From an uncultured Alphaproteobacteria bacterium (GTDB lineage: Bacteria > Pseudomonadota > Alphaproteobacteria > Rhizobiales > Beijerinckiaceae): a stretch of 64,000 bases of DNA. The DNA is taken from the NCBI GenBank assembly GCA_963767245.1, contig CAVYDG010000024.1, forward strand, positions 124,927-188,926, read 5' to 3'. Both the position numbers and the translations under genes were made by a program. Position 1 is the stretch's first letter. Each line of letters starts with the position of its first letter. Shown here piece after piece: positions 61,339 to 64,000 of the stretch. The notes under the pieces are model-generated. The model was not told where the DNA came from. It did not search any database and was given only the letters and a program-made list of their open reading frames with translations.

Positions 61339-63765
61339 CTACGCCAACTCGGCCGCCTGCCCGGGCGCGCCGATCCCTTCCCGGTCGCCGATCGCCTCGA
61401 GGAATGAGCGTCTGAACGCGGCGCGGGAAAAATGAGCGCGCGCATATTCGAGTTGCCGACGCGACGCCGCTCGCCAAAGGGCGTCGTCCAGCAGCAATTT
61501 CACCGCGGCGTCGGCCAGGGCGCGCGCCTCGTCGGCGATTGCGACGCACTCTTCGATGCCCGGCAGGCCTTGGGCGCCGACCGGCGTGGTGACCAGCGGC
61601 AATCCTTCGCGCAAGGCCTCGACCACCTTTGATTTGACGCCCGCGCCCATTCGAAGCGGCACCACCGCAATCCGGGCGCGAGCATAGCGCGCCCTGAGCT
61701 CGTTCTCGCTCACCCGGCCCCTGACCTCGACCCGGGCGCTCGCGAGCGCCCGGACAACCTGGGTAGGATTGGCGCCGACCAACGACAGCGTCGCGTCCGG
61801 AACCTGCTCCCAAATCAATTTCATAATATCGCTCGCGAGCCAGACGGCCGCATCCACATTCGGGGGGTGGCCGAATCCCGCGACAAAGAGAATTTCGTGA
61901 TTGCTGGCCGGTTCGCGGCCGTCGCCGAACTCATCATACGCATACGGGATGATGGTCTCCGCCCGCACGGCCAACGGTCGCGCCACTGCGGTTTCTTCCG
62001 GCGACGGATAGAGCACCACGTCCACCCGCGGCCATACGGATTTTTCGATTCCCTCCATCATCGCCGCGTCGATGGCCAATTGTTCGTCGCCAGTCCTCTG
62101 CGCCTCCATGCTCATTCGCTGGAAATGGAGGTCATGCCCATAGTAGACGATCGTCGCCTTGGAATGCCGTCTCAACGGCCCGATGTATCGCGTCGCAAAT
62201 GCCGGCCGGCTGAGCACAGCGAGCGAAATCGCGTGGCCGTTCTCTTTGATCCAGTCGTCGAAATAATAGCCAAATCCATAGAACACCTCGACGTCGGAGG
62301 CCTGAAGAGGCGCGGTGTATTCGGGAACATAGGCGAGATTATCCGGCCAGAATTTCACCAGATACCCGGCGTATTGCAGGCTTTCTATGATCGCCAGCAT
62401 GGTACGGGAGCCGGCGTCCTGATCCGGCTGCGGAATATAGTGGTCGACAACCAACGCCGTTTTGCGATTCAGGCTGCGGTCGCGCGCGCGCATGGCCTCG
62501 GAGCCTCGAATGAAATGCTCCTTCCATAAAACCTCGCGCCACTTTTCGTAGAGCTTGTTGGTATTTGCGACTTGATAAGACTTAAAGCCCGACGCCAAGT
62601 CTTTGCCTAGGCTCATTCCCTCCAAATGCACGATGGTCGAGAACGGACAATAATAGACCTTCTTTCCCGACGCTCTGATACGGAACGCAAGGTCGCTGTC
62701 CTCACAATAGGCCGGCGCAAAATCTTCATCGAATCCGCTGAGCTTTTCCCATAGCGCGCGAGAGATCAGGATGGCGCAACCGGAAATGTAATCGGTCTCT
62801 CTGACGTAATTATATTCCGGCTTCTCCGGGTCGTCGCCTCGGCCGTAGTTCCAGGCCGTGCCGTCCTCCCAGATGATTCCGCCCGCTTCCTGAAGGACCC
62901 CATCAGGAAACAGCATTTTCGACCCGGCCAGGCCCGCGTCCGGAAATCGATCGAACACCTCCAGCAAAGGCTCGAGCCACGCTCCATGAACCAGCGTGTC
63001 ATTGTTCAGGAAGAATAAGTAATCCCCCTTCGCCGCTCGAGCGAGGCGGTTGCACGACTTGGTGAAGCCGAGATTGGTCGGGTTGACCTCAAGCCGAAGC
63101 CCCGCAACATTTTTCAGGACCTCGACGCCTGCATCGCCTGAAGCGTCGTCACCGACAATAACCTCGAATGGCGCTGCGGGCGGAAACTTTGCGATTGATT
63201 TGAGGCATTGCAAAGTCAACCATGGCTTGGCGAAACAGGGAATGATCACTGACACGAGCGGGCGATCGCTTGTCGGCAGGCTCACGCCCGCGACATCCAC
63301 GCTGCGAAGCGGCCGCTTGGGCTCCGACGTCAGGATTGGTCCGAACACCAGTCGCCTTGGCCCCGGCGCGCCCAGCGGCGCAAAGTACTTGTCGAAGCGG
63401 CTTGGGCTGCGGCTTTCGGCGGAACTTGCAAACCGGGCCGACATTCGCCCGGAGATTGGCGCCGTCGCCGAACTGAGCAGCCTCAGCAGGCGGAAATTGA
63501 GGGCGAACTTGATCGGCCTCCACGGCCGTTCATATGTTCGTTTGAGCTGTTCGGCGAGGTTTGCGCGCTCGCTGGTCAAATGCTCCACCACCGCGCGGAG
63601 CAACTCTCTCGCCGCAATCGCGGAATCCCGTTCGGTTTCATATTGCGAGGCGCGCGCTTCCGCTCTTGCTTGCGCGGCGCGAGCGGCGTCCCGCTCGGCA
63701 ATGAAGTCGGCGGAGTTGGAGTCTCTCGTGCCTCCGGGGTCGCTCTCCAAGGTCGAATTGCTCAC
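61339..63765 (-). CDS. Multidomain glycosyltransferase: N-terminal coiled coil, GT2 domain, GT4-like domain
   Basis: VSVIIPC...DDAS, FLNND, YCEDSDL; then PQPDQDAGS, FVAGFGHPPN and GVKSKVVEAL. Confidence 0.9.
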   Translation of the reverse strand: MSNSTLESDPGGTRDSNSADFIAERDAARAAQARAEARASQYETERDSAIAARELLRAVVEHLTSERANLAEQLKRTYERPWRPIKFALNFRLLRLLSSATAPISGRMSARFASSAESRSPSRFDKYFAPLGAPGPRRLVFGPILTSEPKRPLRSVDVAGVSLPTSDRPLVSVIIPCFAKPWLTLQCLKSIAKFPPAAPFEVIVGDDASGDAGVEVLKNVAGLRLEVNPTNLGFTKSCNRLARAAKGDYLFFLNNDTLVHGAWLEPLLEVFDRFPDAGLAGSKMLFPDGVLQEAGGIIWEDGTAWNYGRGDDPEKPEYNYVRETDYISGCAILISRALWEKLSGFDEDFAPAYCEDSDLAFRIRASGKKVYYCPFSTIVHLEGMSLGKDLASGFKSYQVANTNKLYEKWREVLWKEHFIRGSEAMRARDRSLNRKTALVVDHYIPQPDQDAGSRTMLAIIESLQYAGYLVKFWPDNLAYVPEYTAPLQASDVEVFYGFGYYFDDWIKENGHAISLAVLSRPAFATRYIGPLRRHSKATIVYYGHDLHFQRMSMEAQRTGDEQLAIDAAMMEGIEKSVWPRVDVVLYPSPEETAVARPLAVRAETIIPYAYDEFGDGREPASNHEILFVAGFGHPPNVDAAVWLASDIMKLIWEQVPDATLSLVGANPTQVVRALASARVEVRGRVSENELRARYARARIAVVPLRMGAGVKSKVVEALREGLPLVTTPVGAQGLPGIEECVAIADEARALADAAVKLLLDDALWRAASRRQLEYARAHFSRAAFRRSFLEAIGDREGIGAPGQAAELA

Positions 63766-63940
63766 GCTTTCAATCCAATCGCCCTGGGGCCGGGCCCCGT
63801 AGCACCGGTATCGTTTGCCTGTCCAGCTTGTCCGACGGTCGCCGTGCGCGAGAGCGCGTCGCCTCGATCTTGTTTCTTCTTGGCGGTGTGACTATTACCC
63901 GCCCGCCGTGAACGCCCCTGGCGGCCTTGATGTCTCGGGA

Positions 63941-64000
63941 TCATTTGATGAATGCGTCGCGCCAGCTCCCGGGCAGTATCATGGACCCAACGGCGCGGCC
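63941..64000 (-). CDS. 3' end of an unidentified gene continuing beyond the window
   Basis: Open frame ...GRAVGSMILPGSWRDAFIK* ending at 63941, same strand as the glycosyltransferase; only 19 codons visible. Confidence 0.3.
   Translation of the reverse strand, partial: GRAVGSMILPGSWRDAFIK

Overview
A 64 kb GC-rich alphaproteobacterial chromosome segment. Gene content and wording of the genes suggest Hyphomicrobiales (Beijerinckiaceae/Roseiarcus-like); this is an inference. Bases 1-~9950 look like the right end of a decayed prophage or accessory island. It holds a large Gly/Thr/Ser/Cys-rich tail-fibre/adhesin-like gene split by IS1380, a translationally coupled operon containing a minimal MotA/ExbB-like plus Asp-bearing ExbD/MotB-like membrane module of unknown function, an IS4 element, a GT-A-like protein and a DUF2730-like protein. 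The rest is mostly housekeeping: fmt, purD, an AGE epimerase, creA, a circularly permuted ATP-grasp/alpha-E plus transglutaminase pair, aapQMP, sufBCDS-sufT, a HerA-like ATPase, ppx/ppk1, purNM, hdaA, a Mo-oxidoreductase, accBC, rpsU, aapJ, a beta-oxidation cluster, usg and glycosyltransferases. Four IS elements have mappable ends and target duplications: IS1380, IS4, IS1182, and an IS1595 carrying a HEPN-motif passenger. The IS1595 sits inside one of two copies of a small GANTC-containing intergenic repeat. At least nine single-base frameshifts, several in ordinary housekeeping genes, suggest consensus errors in the assembly, so pseudogene calls are provisional. No rRNA, tRNA or CRISPR array was found. 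No database searches could be run; family names come from motif recognition.
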